From the human T2T-CHM13v2.0 reference genome, Homo sapiens, in the NCBI RefSeq assembly GCF_009914755.1, contig NC_060943.1: a DNA stretch of 64,000 nt; one strand, written 5' to 3'. This document shows, in pieces, positions 33,498-48,075 of the stretch. The stretch's first letter is position 1. Each line of letters opens with the position of its first letter. The position numbers and the translations under genes were made by a program. Under the pieces are notes generated by a model. That model saw only the letters and a list, made by a program, of their open reading frames with translations, ran no database searches and was not told the origin of the DNA.

Positions 33498-33795
33498 GGC
33501 CGGGCGCGGTGGCTCACGCCTGTAATCCCAGCACTTTGATCCGCCGAGGCGGGCGGATCACGAGGTCAGGAGATCCAGACCATCCTGGCTAACACAGTGA
33601 AACCCCGTCTCTACTAAAAATACAAAAAAAGTTAGCCGGGCGTGGTGGTGGGGGCCTGTAGTCCCAGCTACTCAGGAGGCTGAGGCAGGAGAACGGCATG
33701 AACCCGGGAGGCAGGGCTTGCAGTGAGCCAAGATCATGCCGCTGCACTCCAGCCTGGGAGACAAAGTGAGACTCCGTCAAAAAAAAAAAAAAAAA
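33498..33795 (+). mobile_element. Alu (Y-like) in distal 3' UTR
   Basis: TSD-like aaaagtctgtgtg/aaaagtctatgtg. Confidence 0.95.
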
Positions 33796-33858
33796 GTCTA
33801 TGTGGTCAGTCACTACTCTTGCTGCAGTTATGAAAAGAATGAGGCCAAGTCTGATGAA

Positions 33859-33864
33859 AATAAA
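33859..33864 (+). terminator. CEACAM5: Distal poly(A) signal of CEACAM5
   Basis: AATAAA after the second 3' UTR Alu, followed by T/GT-rich sequence. Confidence 0.7.
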
Positions 33865-35122
33865 CTTATTTTGAAAACAAATTTGTCTTATTGGGATTAT
33901 CTTTGGTAGAAATAGAGATGCCTATGAAGAGAAATTATGTTGAAAAAAAACTATAGTACACCTGTTATGAGACTGTCACTTTGTACATTGTTGAGTTTTT
34001 ATTATCCACCTGTAGACTAGAGTGGACCATGAATTCTTCCACTTTCTTCAATCCCATTTTCTACCATGGAATCACTAAGAGCAAAGTCTGCTCTGTTCCT
34101 GAAGCTCTATAAGCTACAGATGGATAACTCAATGTAAATTTCATGGGAAAACACTCATGCCTAAGGTGTGGGCCACTCAGAGCTCACCAGTATGTTCAAC
34201 ACTATAACTAGAGACACTGAAACTGCAAACCAGGACAAGAAATTGACAACTTCACGCTGTAGACAGCTTTTCCCAAGATGTCAGAACAAGACTTCCTACC
34301 ATGATGAGGCTCCTACCCCTCTTAATTTGTCCTAGCTCATGCCTGCCTCTTTCACTTGGCAGGATAATGTTGTAATTAGAATTTCACAGGAAGTATCTTC
34401 TGAGGGTAGCTTAACAGAGTATCAGATCTATGATATCACTACCAAATTTTTACATAAGAGATCCTTTAGTCCACTCAACGGCTGACATTAGCAGCATCTT
34501 TAATACAACTGTTTGTTCAAAGGCAAGGTGGTCCCTTTTAAAGTTACACTTCTAGACTCACCTGTTCTCACTCCCTGTTTTAATGTAACCCAGCCATGAG
34601 ATGCCAGATAATAGAATTGCTACCTACTAGCTGAACAGGAAAGAACCTGTGCTGTTTCTGACACTTCTTGTTGCACATAGATAAATACAATGGGTATTAT
34701 AGAGACTCAGTTGCAGAAATTAACAAACATGCTGCTTGGTTAAAATGGGTAGACTCATCTGGCTCATTCTTTATTCCATTTTAGTTGGTTTGCATCTTGC
34801 CTAAGGTGCATACTCCAAACTCTTGGTATTATTCTCCTGATAGTCACACTAGTAGTCTCCCTGGTGTGCTATAATCTCTAAAAGCTTTAAATGTTTGCAT
34901 GCAGCTATCCATCGAATGTCAAATGGTCTCTCTTTGGCTGGAATGACAAAACTCAAAGGAATGTGTGATCAGGAGGACATCATAACCTATGAATGATGGA
35001 AGCCCAAAATGATGGTAGCTGAGAGTAATGTCAGTGCTTTCAGTTTTGGTCACACTCTCACCTAAGTGAGAGCATAGAGACTCCAAATAGGGCCACTGAT
35101 GCTAAATGTTACATACTCCAAC

Positions 35123-35774
35123 TGAAATTTTAAGAAAGCAGATAGATCCCAAAACAGACCAATTTAAAAAAATAAAATAAATTAAAAAATAAAAAGGCCA
35201 GGCATGGTGGCTAACGCCTATAATCCCAGCACTTTAGGAGGGTGAGGCAGGCGGATCACGAGGTCAGGCGTTTGAGACCAGCCTGACCAACATGATGAAA
35301 CCCCATCTCTACTAAAAATACAAAAATTAGCTGGGTGTGGTGGCACATGCCCTGTAATCCCAGCTACTCAGGAGGCTGAGGCAGGAGAATCACTTGAACT
35401 TGGGAGGTGAAGGTTGCAGTGAGCTGAGATTGCACCACTGCACTACACCCTGGATGACAGAGTGAGACTCCACCTCAAAAAAAAAAAAAAAAAGAAAAGA
35501 AATTCCAATCTACTTAAATTAACACAATAAGGAGGTCCCCTTTGCTTTAATTTTTATAAAAAAGTAACCTGAATTAAACTGATGTTAACCAATATATTTA
35601 TTTCTACTGCTCTCTTTTCTTGTTCAAATTTGACAAAACCCACTGTTCTGTTATTGTATGGCCAAAGGGGAGTTATCACTGTATTTGTAAAGTGGGACCT
35701 GCCCCAAATTACAAATCCCAAATAAAAGCCAATTAGATTTATAAATAAAGCTGTTGTAATCGTGTCTCTTGATA
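35123..35774 (+). mobile_element. MER65-like 3' LTR containing an Alu; AATAAA at 35721-35726
   Basis: aaagtaacctgaa...ctgatgttaaccaat...aataaaagccaattagat pattern; boundaries approximate. Confidence 0.65.
35196..35502 (+). mobile_element. Alu (S-type)
   Basis: Full dimer with A tail. Confidence 0.95.
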
Positions 35775-35779
35775 CGAGT

Positions 35780-36032
35780 TCACAGCCAGCGATGGCCAGT
35801 GGAGTCTCTCAGGCTGCGTCATTCTCACCCTGACCCTCCTGCCTTCCTCTTTCACTTACAAGGACCCTTCTGATTACACTGAGCCCACCCAGATTATCCA
35901 GAATAACCTCCCATCTCAAGATTCTTAACCTCATCACATCTGGAAAGCCTTTTGCCAAATAAAAGTGTTATGCACTGGCTCCAGGGATTAGGATGTGGAC
36001 ATTTTTAGGAGGCCATTATTCTGCCCAACACA
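35780..36032 (-). mobile_element. MLT1-type MaLR LTR fragment
   Basis: aaggacccttctgattacactgagcccaccc...gggattaggatgtggacat...attattctgcc. Confidence 0.75.
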
Positions 36033-36847
36033 GGTACCTTTTATAAACTTCACCCACAACAAAAATTTGCTTTGCCTGTCTTCTGTGTCTCACTTTTCTG
36101 TCTGTGCACAAAGTTTAAGGTGAAACACACCAGCTCTGCTGTGAACTGGCTGGATGACCCTGGACCACTCACTTCACCTCCCTCAGCCTCTTCTCATCTG
36201 AAGCACAAGGGTGATTCTTACTGCATCAGAAAATTTACATGAAAGGGTAAATTAAGACGTGTAAGGCATTAGACACAGAGCCTGGTACCTGATGAGCCCT
36301 CGGTAAACATTCCTTTCAGTCCTTTCCTTTCACCATCCTATTTCTGTCACCCTCATCCATCTGCTCCTTCATCTCCTTTCTCTTCAGTGACTTACTCAGT
36401 CTAAGCTGCCAGTTAGCAAAGAAGCCACACTTCCCATTCTCTCATGATTCTGCTGGAATGTTCTTGTGATAAAGTCTGTTATCCACACGAGACAGCCCAC
36501 ATTATTTATATGGAGAGGTCTAGTTAAAACAAGTCCTTTTTATGTTCACGTAAAACCTATACATGTTTCCTCTTAATTTACACATACCAGTCCCAATTCT
36601 GCCCCGTTAATTTATACATGCACTTTCTTGTTTTCACTCTTCTTCAGTATTTCTCTTTACACTTTATAAATTTGGATAGTACAGAGACAAAAATAATGAG
36701 CTGGGCCAAAAGAGAGGATTCCTTTAGCAAGATGAATGCTTTCCTTTAAAAAGATGAATGCTTTCTTTTGCCATAATGAATGCTAATTTGCAAGGCACTC
36801 CTGAAACCTGTTCCTAGGATTGGCTTTTAGAGAAATCATTTGACTCT

Positions 36848-37152
36848 GGCTGGGCGCGGTGGCTCACGCCTGTAATCCCAGTACTTTGGGAGGCTGAGGT
36901 GGGCGGATCATGAGGTCAGGAGATCGAGACCATCCTGGCTAACACAGTGAAACCCCGTCTCTACTAAAAATACAAAAAATTAGCCAGGCATGGTGGTGGG
37001 CGCCTGTAGTCCCAGCTACTCAGGAGGCTGGGGCAGGAGAATGGTGTGAACCCAGGAGACGGAGCTTGCAGTGAGCCGAGATCACTCCACTGCACTCCAG
37101 CCTGGGCGACAGAACGAGACTCCATCTCAAAAAACAAAAAAAGAAGAAGAAA
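36848..37152 (+). mobile_element. Alu (Y-like)
   Basis: TSD-like aaatcatttgactct/aaatcatttggctct. Confidence 0.95.
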
Positions 37153-38826
37153 AATCATTTGGCTCTAGGACACATTCTAGACCCCAGGAGGTAATAACAG
37201 TGACAGAAGCCACATCCACTCTTAGTATGCCTGCTGCATTTTCACAGAATGTTGTGCATGAATTACTGTTCCCCAATCCTTCCACTCCTGGAGGTTAAGC
37301 CTCCCCCTTCAACACCTTCATCTCCAGCTGGCCTGCCAGGACTATGGCTGGGAAATACCTCCCCACCTTCCATGCCCAGGGTGGCACCTTTGCCCATTCC
37401 CATAACTATAATAGCTCACACTGATGCAGCACTCACTGTGCACCAGCACTATCCTAAGAGCTTTCTAGCTAGCTACAGTCCTCGCCAAAAAATCCTGAGT
37501 GTTATCATCCCCATTTTTACAGATTAAAAAAAAACTGAGGCAGAGATGTGAAGTAATGTACCCAGTGTCACCCAACTCATTTAACCTCATCCTCCACTTT
37601 ATCTGGGAAGAGGACACCCTAAGATTTCCAAGATGTCCTGAATAACATCCACCTTCCAGAATGGTTTTTGCCCCCTCTACTCTCAGGATTTGACAAACAG
37701 CCAGTATTTCGTTTTCTGTCTTACCCTTCACTTATGCACCTGTTCTCTAACGCCACAGTCACAACTGCACAGCCCGGAATAAAAGCTGGCTTTTACGGAC
37801 CTCAATCTCTTTGGGAAAAAAACAGGGCCAGGTTCCCAGTCATCATAAAAAGTCATTTGTACTCTATTGTCAACTATTTGCACAGCCATTCCCTGGCCAT
37901 AAATGATGTATAGTACCAACAATAAGTGTAATGAGAAGAAAGCAGGAAAAGCATGAGTTCCTGGAATGGTCACAAAGAGGAGAAGATTTCAAATCCAGAA
38001 ACAGTCATAAAACACACCCAGAGTGTGAGGCCTCTGAGCAATGACAGCCCCACCTGCCTCTTTCCATGGCTGGTGGCCTCTGACTTCCTTCTCAACCTGC
38101 CCCACCCGGCCTTGCTTTATTAAACCGATACTAATAGCTTGGAATTGGGGCCAGACCAGTGCACACAGCACTGAGTGGTGGGGTGGAGGAGCTGAAAAGG
38201 GAGAAGAGTGTTTGACTTATGAAGACCTGACTCACTTAGGTACACATCACCTGGGCGGGAAATGGTTTAGTGAAGGGCTGTGCAGAACTCATGGTGTTTA
38301 TCCAAAATGAGTGACTGAGGCAAGTGTCTAAATTAATTGTTTATTGAGCCAGACCTTGAGGGTACACCCTAGGAAAACACAAGTCACAGAAAACCTCTGT
38401 GGCTTGTGTTCTCTCTGAAGAGGTTTTCAGGAGGCCTTAAAGGGGGGAAGGCAGGTAGGAAGAGGCGGGTAGGTGGAAGAATGATTGTTCTTGTCTTTGT
38501 TCTGTGCCTAGAAAGATAAGCATTATCAGCCTGAAATCCTAAGGACTAAGACTAAAGCCTTAGGAACCAGACTTAGATTTCAGAACTGAAGATACAATCG
38601 ACATGTCCTTGTTATATGGGAGGATATACATCTTAAAAATTTTAAGGCCAGCAAAGAACAATTTGTGAGGGCAGTCATCCAGAAATACCTAAGGCCTTTT
38701 GCTTTCCTATAGAGGTCTGTTTAATGTACAATGTTTTGACACAAGGTTTTATAGTAACAGCGATCCATCTGGGGAAATGATGATGATGTTGCATGACTCA
38801 GTCTCAAAGCTTAACTTTCCCTTTGA

Positions 38827-39252
<426 letters not shown>

Positions 39253-40189
39253 AACCCCTGAAATTCCTCAAAATCTTTCAGAGAAAGCATTATAGAAGAT
39301 ACGAGTTTGTGATTGTATGTTTCATCTGATCCTACATCACCAGGAAAGCTCATTCCTAGGAAGTTGTGTCTCATGGAGAAGGGAGTGAAGTTGCATCAGA
39401 AAAGGACCGAAGCCAAGTTACAGGAACAAAAGGAAAGTAATTGTGGAGCCCTATTTGGGCTACACAGCTGCCTCTTCAATTAAAGCAATTCTTTGAGCAA
39501 TCATCACCCTAACCGTTTCAGTTGTATGTTGGTTCGATCGTAATATCTGGAGCAGTCTATGGACTAGTTTTTCTAGAGCCTCTGAAGCTCCTTGAGATTG
39601 CAGTGGCAGATTTCTCTGGATTGTAGTTTGAATTAGATGTTCAAGTGAACCTTTTGAGTAGCCATACATCAGCAGGCACAAAGGTTGTTGTTATATAAGT
39701 TGTAATTTCTCCTGAAATTCACTTAAGTTGTCTAGCTTCAGGTTGCAGGGCTTTAGGAAAAAGCACAGTTTTAATTTCTAATGATTCCAAGTCAGAAAAA
39801 CAGAAGAAAAATTTGAAAGTGTTATTTTCAAGACTTGTAGCCAGGAAAGAATTCAGGATTCAGTACAAATTGTAAGGAAATAACAAAACTCAAAAACAAT
39901 GAGCAACACCAGAATTTAATAACAGCTGTACTGTAGTTTCTTCTGAAACATAATGTTTTCTGTCTCCAGTTCTCCATTTTTACAAAAGCCAAATTATAGT
40001 AGGACCCAAATTATTTGCAAAATAAGTTTTAGTCTTATACTTGGCCTGAAATTTTCATTTTGGAAAGTTTGTCAAATATCAAAGGTCTAAGACACTTGTT
40101 CAAAATTGGTCATAGGTCACTATAAAATCATAGTTATTAATTTAGCCAAAGTGATAATTCAAAAATTTTAAGAGGGAAAAATCTTCATT

Positions 40190-40435
40190 TTTTTCATTTA
40201 TGTATTTATTTATTTATTTATTGAGTCAGGGTCTCGCTCTGTCACCCAGGCTGGAGTGCAGTGGCACCATCATACCTCACTGCAGCCTTGACCTTCAGGG
40301 CTTATGCAATTCTCCCAACCCAGCCACCTGAGTATACGGGACTACAGGTGCATGCCACCGCACCTTGCTAATTTTGTTATTGTTGTTGTTTTTTGTAGAG
40401 ACAGAGTCTCTATTTGTGGCCCAGGCTGATCTTAA
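40190..40435 (-). mobile_element. Old Alu, 5' part missing
   Basis: Ends at caggctgatcttaaa and abuts an L1. Confidence 0.85.
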
Positions 40436-40438
40436 AGT

Positions 40439-40678
40439 CAGGTGGGAACTGAACAATGAGAACACTTGGACACAGGGTGGGGAACATCATACACCGGAGC
40501 CTGTCATGGGGTGGGGGTAGGAGGGAGGGATAGCATTAGGAGATATACCTAATGTAAATGACAAGTTAACGGGCGCAGCACAACAACATGGCACGTGTAT
40601 ACATATGTAACAAACCTGCATGTTGTGCACATGTACCCTAGAACTTAAAGTATAATTTTTAAAAAAGGAAAAAAAAAG
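40439..40678 (+). mobile_element. L1PA 3' end, 5'-truncated
   Basis: ggtgggaactgaacaatgagaacacttggacacagg...gcacatgtaccctagaacttaaagtataat + A tail. Confidence 0.95.
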
Positions 40679-41523
40679 ATGCCACCTGTGTTAATTAGCT
40701 TAGGAAAAAAATAGACACCAAGGTAACACAAAATGATAGATATTTACCTTAGGATTTTATGAGGAGATTTATTTTCTTTAGATAGGTCACTTTTGATTTA
40801 GGGTGTGTTTTCCAACTGGACCGCTGAGCTCAAGATGGAGCCCAGCAGGGCCAACAAATTATTTGCAGTTTGTGGGGCCTAATAATTTAAATATGGGAAA
40901 AGCGGGCACAGTTGGAAAGCAGAGCATTTAGATCTTTAAACATTAAGGATTCCACTGAACCCCAGGTTCCCCAAAAAAAGGAAAATGCAAAAAGGACCAT
41001 GCTGTACAACCCTTCCACAGTTGTACTTTGCTACAAAGGCATTTTTCTAATTGTTTAAACCGTGTCTTTCTTATCAAAACATGCAAAGAAATGAGTAGCC
41101 TTCTGAAGTAATAATTATTTATTGTAACCACTGTCAGTCATCTCCAAAACTGTAGCTCTCACCCCTGACCCAGCAGCCATCACACACACAAGGCCGAGTA
41201 TTTTTACAGTACGATGCAATCTCTGATGCCTCCAGAAGCCAAAAACATCAGATAACACAACAGAAAAGAGCAGAGTGTTAGACCTGAGAGAAATCTGGTC
41301 ACTTAAAATTCCTGAGGCTCCATGAGGAAAAACAGACTTTTTTTAAAAAAAAAAAATATTTTAGGTACCTTGTTATCAGATTTTAGCTGGGACAAACAAC
41401 TGCTATTTCTGGTTTTTGAATTTTTTTTTTAACCAAAGTTGCCCTCCCAATTAAAACTAATAAGGCTTAACCAGGGTTGTGACTTAACCAAGGATGTACA
41501 AGGCATATCCAAATAGATGAATG

Positions 41524-41936
<413 letters not shown>

Positions 41937-42919
41937 CTATTAGAAGAGAAGGTGGAGTGCCTTTTATTCGTATTTTCTCAGGAGATCTATAGCAAGCAGT
42001 TTAAGCTTACAAAAGATTTTAACTTTGTTTTAGGTCAAATTTTTGTAATTTACTCAAGAGAATTTTTAAAGCTAGCTACAACACTATGATGCGTCTTTTT
42101 CTTTTAATTTTATCTTTCCATCACCTATTTAAAATAAAAGATCTCCAAAATCTTTTTTTAATGTAGGAGTCCAATTTAAAGGATCCATCTTCTGGCCATT
42201 AGTAATTAGAATTTCCAATGGTGTACTGATCCCAATAATGAATCAACCCAGCAGTTTCTTCAGTGATGAAGCAATCCCAAAGATCTGTCCCCTCAACAAA
42301 ATAAAATATTCACTCCCAGGAATAGAACAGGACAGCAAAAGACTTTTGTTTCCATAGCACTAACCAGGCAACAACGGTTGGAACAACAAAAACCCCTTAT
42401 AGATGGGACTTCTTATAACAAATCCTCCTGGGAGTTCAACTCATTTGGAACAAACAAAACAAAACAAAAAAATCTCAGGTCCCAGTCATTCTCAGGCTGA
42501 TCACCTGATATGACTCAAAAATCACACCTCCCAGATGGTGGGGACCAAGAGCAAGTGCTCCCACTTGGTCACAAATGAAGCCTTCAAGGACATAAAACAA
42601 GATGAGAGGGAATTTTATTTGGTACCCTTCTTTATAAACAACACAGAATGAAAGAGACAGAGGAAAAGACTATTTCTGGAAGGAAAGGGATTAAACAATA
42701 TAAATATTCATATGGAAAAATGCACCAAATACTACACCACAATCTCTACACCCAGGCTAGTCATACACAAATCTTCTCCCATTAACCAAAATTTTGCAGA
42801 GAAAACTGATTTTTCCTGTCTGCTTGACCAGATTGCACAGGGAGAAGCCAGGAGCCTCGCTGATAATAAACTCTACCCTTTTGGTGGTTGATCATTTTCC
42901 TGGATTCCTGCATGGCCAA

Positions 42920-43278
42920 AAACAGGTTATGGGGGTAAATCAGGTTTAAGTAGCAAGACAGGTTATTCGAGGGAGAAAGGAGGAAGTCTGGCTAACGAAG
43001 ATGGTCTTGTTATATAGATGAAACCTCACAGGTAGCAGCCCTCAGAGAGAACAAATGGTAAATATTTCATTCAGGTCTTTAAGGTATAAGGCTCAGTTCA
43101 TTTTTCCCAGATCCAGACAAAAGAAAGCCTGTCTGTATTAATGGGGATTCTCTACAGATGCCAATTTTTCACATGAAAGACAGCTTTGCAGGCCACTTCT
43201 GCCTGCTGGCCCTCTGACAGACATCTCAAAATATGTCAAAAAATATATTTTTGGGTACAATATTCTTATTTCGTTCAA
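42920..43278 (-). mobile_element. MER34/MER39-like LTR fragment nested in the provirus
   Basis: caggtagcagccctcagagag...agacagctttgcaggcc...caaaatatgtcaaa. Confidence 0.6.
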
Positions 43279-45381
43279 CTGACAGGTGATTCCCAGAGGT
43301 AGAACTTGATGTTCTGCAGTTGCAGGGGTTTTAGCCAATTTTGAGGCCAGCTCACCATAATGTAGAGCTCCTGCTGGATTTGACCAAGTTGGAAGGTGTT
43401 TTGGACACTAGACAGGGCCAAGAGTTGGACAAACTCAAAGGAAGAATGACAAAAACCAAAAACACAAAAAGTGATTGCACTTTACATATTACATATTGTT
43501 GAACACTGTAAGCATGAGGAGAGATTAAAGCAAACTAGCAATAAACTTTGACCTGCAGCTACCACATTTTAAAACAAAACCCCAACCCAGCTCTTTATCT
43601 CAGAGGGGACCAAGCTGAAGGCTGCTCTCCATTGTCACAGGAGAAGGCAACTCACCTTCCTTATAGGAAGTGAGCAAAGCTGCATGAGTAGAGGAGTTCC
43701 ATGGCAAAACAAAACTCGGATCTCAAACAAAAAATTGTGGGGAGCAGGGACCTCAAGAGGGAGTAGGATCCAGTCCTTGGAAAGTCACACATTTGGTCAG
43801 AGCTAAAGCTCGATAGTTGGTACTGAGCATAAACAGGAGAATCGCTGCAGGCCTAAGGGGCTAAGCTCCACTCAGAGGATCCCTTCATGGTCACCAAAAT
43901 GTTAACCAAAATGATTGACTGAGGCAAGCAAGTGTCAGTCCATTGAGGTTTACTGAGCCAGAGCTTGAGGGTGCACCCTGGAAAAACATAAGTCATAGAA
44001 ACCATCTGTGGCTTGTGTTGTCTTTGAAGAGGTTTTCAGGAGGCCTGGTATTTATACTTCTCCTTAAAAGGGGGAAGGCACGTAGGAAGATACAAGTAGA
44101 GGAAAGAATGATTTGTCTCATCTTGTCTTTCTTCTTGGATAGATAAGCCTTATCAGTGTGAAATCTTAGATTGCAAACCTAAAGTTAGTATTGACATGTC
44201 CTTGTTTTGTGGAAGGATATACATCTTGAAAGGTTTCAAGGCCAGCAAAGAACAATTTGTGAAGGCAGTCATCTAGAGATGCCTGAGGCCTTTTCACCTT
44301 CTTGTGGGAGGTCTGGCTATAACGTACAATGCTTTGACACAAGGTTGTGTAGTAACAGTTGTTCATCTGGAGAAAAGATGGTGGCATTATGTGACTCAGT
44401 CTTCAGACTGAACTATCCCTTTGGTGTAATGAGTGTGACATGAGATTTTTATTTTCCCTTACATAATTTTAGGAGTTGTACTTCCTTGATGCTGTCTGAC
44501 TGAGGTCAAAAGGATGGGTGTGGAAGGCATCACACCTTTCTCCCATTTAGAAATCCATTGTCCCTTCCTTCTCCCTTATTGGGTTACATTCCTCTGTCCA
44601 TAGATCACGTATTTACTGAGTTGTTTTCCACGGGGAAAAAAATCTCAATTGAACTCTTTAAAGCTCCAAGCATTTAATTCAGTTCAAGAGTGTCTCTCAT
44701 TTTAATGATGACCAGGCACAAATATTTTTAAAACGCTCTCCAGAAAATTGTGATAAGAGCCTCTGCACAACCCACAGTAGCTTTGGAGAGCACTGAGCTA
44801 CAAAAGTGATGGGGAAGGAACCTGCTACATGCTGGGACCTTTATATTTCCACCTTATCTAATGTCCCCAATGATGTTTTAAGTAGGCACTATTATCACCC
44901 TATCCCAAGACATCAATTAACTTGTCCTTTATCTCAGAATTGGTCAAAGGTGGAACCAGGATTCCGACTCACATATTTCTGAATCTAAAGGTCTTGTTTC
45001 ACTGCAGAGCGATTGAGCGTACATGAACTCAAAGAAAGACAGGATGACTGATTCTAACAGAAATAACCACACAGGCTTCAATGAAGAGTCAGGGTCTGAA
45101 ACGGGCCTTAGGACAAAGAACAGCTCAGGAGGCTGAGAAGACAGTTGAAGGTATTGCGGGAAGGTGTGAAAGAATTAGAATAAGTTCAGACATGAAAACA
45201 TAAAATGTGGGTCAAGTCTTTCTACACAGACCAAGGGAGTAGACTGGGGCTGTGTTATGGGGGCTTTGAATGGCAGCCTAAGGAATTGGAACTTCATCCT
45301 ATGGATGATAGGAGTCATTGGAAAGCTTTGAGAAGGTCAGAGACATGACAAACAGCATTTCCAGGAAGATTACTCTGACAG

Positions 45382-46799
<1,418 letters not shown>

Positions 46800-46879
46800 A
46801 CAGTCTTAGGCAAGATAACAAGTGGTTCTGAACTCTGGCAACTTAATAGAATTATCTGGAAGCTTTCATCTTTTTTTTT

Positions 46880-47440
46880 TCTTTTTTTTAACTTCTCATT
46901 TTGAAATAATTTCAGACTTTCAAAAATGTTCCAAAAATAGAGTCCCCATATACTTTTCACTCAACTTCCCCAAATATTGTTTTAGATAACCACAGTGCAA
47001 ACATTAAAATCAATAAATGATCAGTGACATTGTACAGTAAATAAATTGCAGACCTTATTCAAATCCCTTTTATCTTCCCAGTGATGTCCTCTTTCTAGAC
47101 CAGGATCCAATCCAGGATCACACATTGCATCTCATTTTTCTGTCCTCTCAGTCTCCCTTAATCTGGGACAGTTCCTCAGAATTTCTTTTGCCTTCATGAC
47201 CTTAACATTTATGGAGAGTATTGGAGTTATTTTGTAGCATGGCCCTCAGTTTGGGCTTTTCTAATATTTTCTCCTGATTAAACTCAGATTATGCACTTTA
47301 GGCAAGAATAGCATAGATATGATGCTGCGCCTTCTCCATGCATTGTATTAAGATGCCCTAAGATGCAGATATCTCTGATTACTGGAGATGTTAACTTTGA
47401 GCACTGGGCTAAAGTTCCTCCACTGTAAAATGGCTATTTT
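46880..47440 (-). mobile_element. Old L1 (L1MC/ME) 3' fragment
   Basis: ttttgaaataatttcagactt...caggatccaatccaggatcacacattgcat pattern. Confidence 0.65.
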
Positions 47441-47766
47441 CTTTGGAAGCATTTTTAAGTGACCAATACCCCAGGCCACACTATGGACCAATCAAATCAG
47501 ACACTCCTGGGAAAAGGCACAGGCATTGGTAGGTTTTAAATGCCCTACAGCTGACTGTAACCAGCATCCAGGATTGGAAACCCACAGCTTAGACAGTGAA
47601 GATTAGAATCCTGGAAATCAGTCAGGAAGCCATTCTTTGGGCCTAACATCCAGTTCCAGACACAATATTTGGCATGGGCCCATGGTAGGGGAATGGAAGG
47701 CCAAAAATCTCCTGATTGGGAAAATGATGGGTGAGTAGACTGCTGTCCAATAAAAATAGAAGGCAG

Positions 47767-48075
47767 GGCCAGGTGTGGTGGCTCATGACTGTAATCCCAG
47801 CACTTTGAGAGATCAAGGCAGCCAGATAACTTGAGCTCAGGCATTCAAGACCAGCCTGGGCAACATGGTGAAATCCCATTTCTACAAAAAAAAATAATAG
47901 CCAGGCATAGGTAATATGTGTCTGTACTTCCAGTTATTTGGGAGGCTGGGGTGGGAAGATTGCTAGGGTCCAGGAGGTTGAGGCTGCAGTGAGCCATGAT
48001 TGCACCACTGTGCTCCAGCCTGGGCAACAGAGCAAGAACCTGTCTCAAAAAAAAAAAAGAGAGAGAGAGAGAGAG
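47767..48075 (+). mobile_element. Old Alu (J-like) with (GA)n tail
   Basis: Diverged dimer. Confidence 0.92.
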
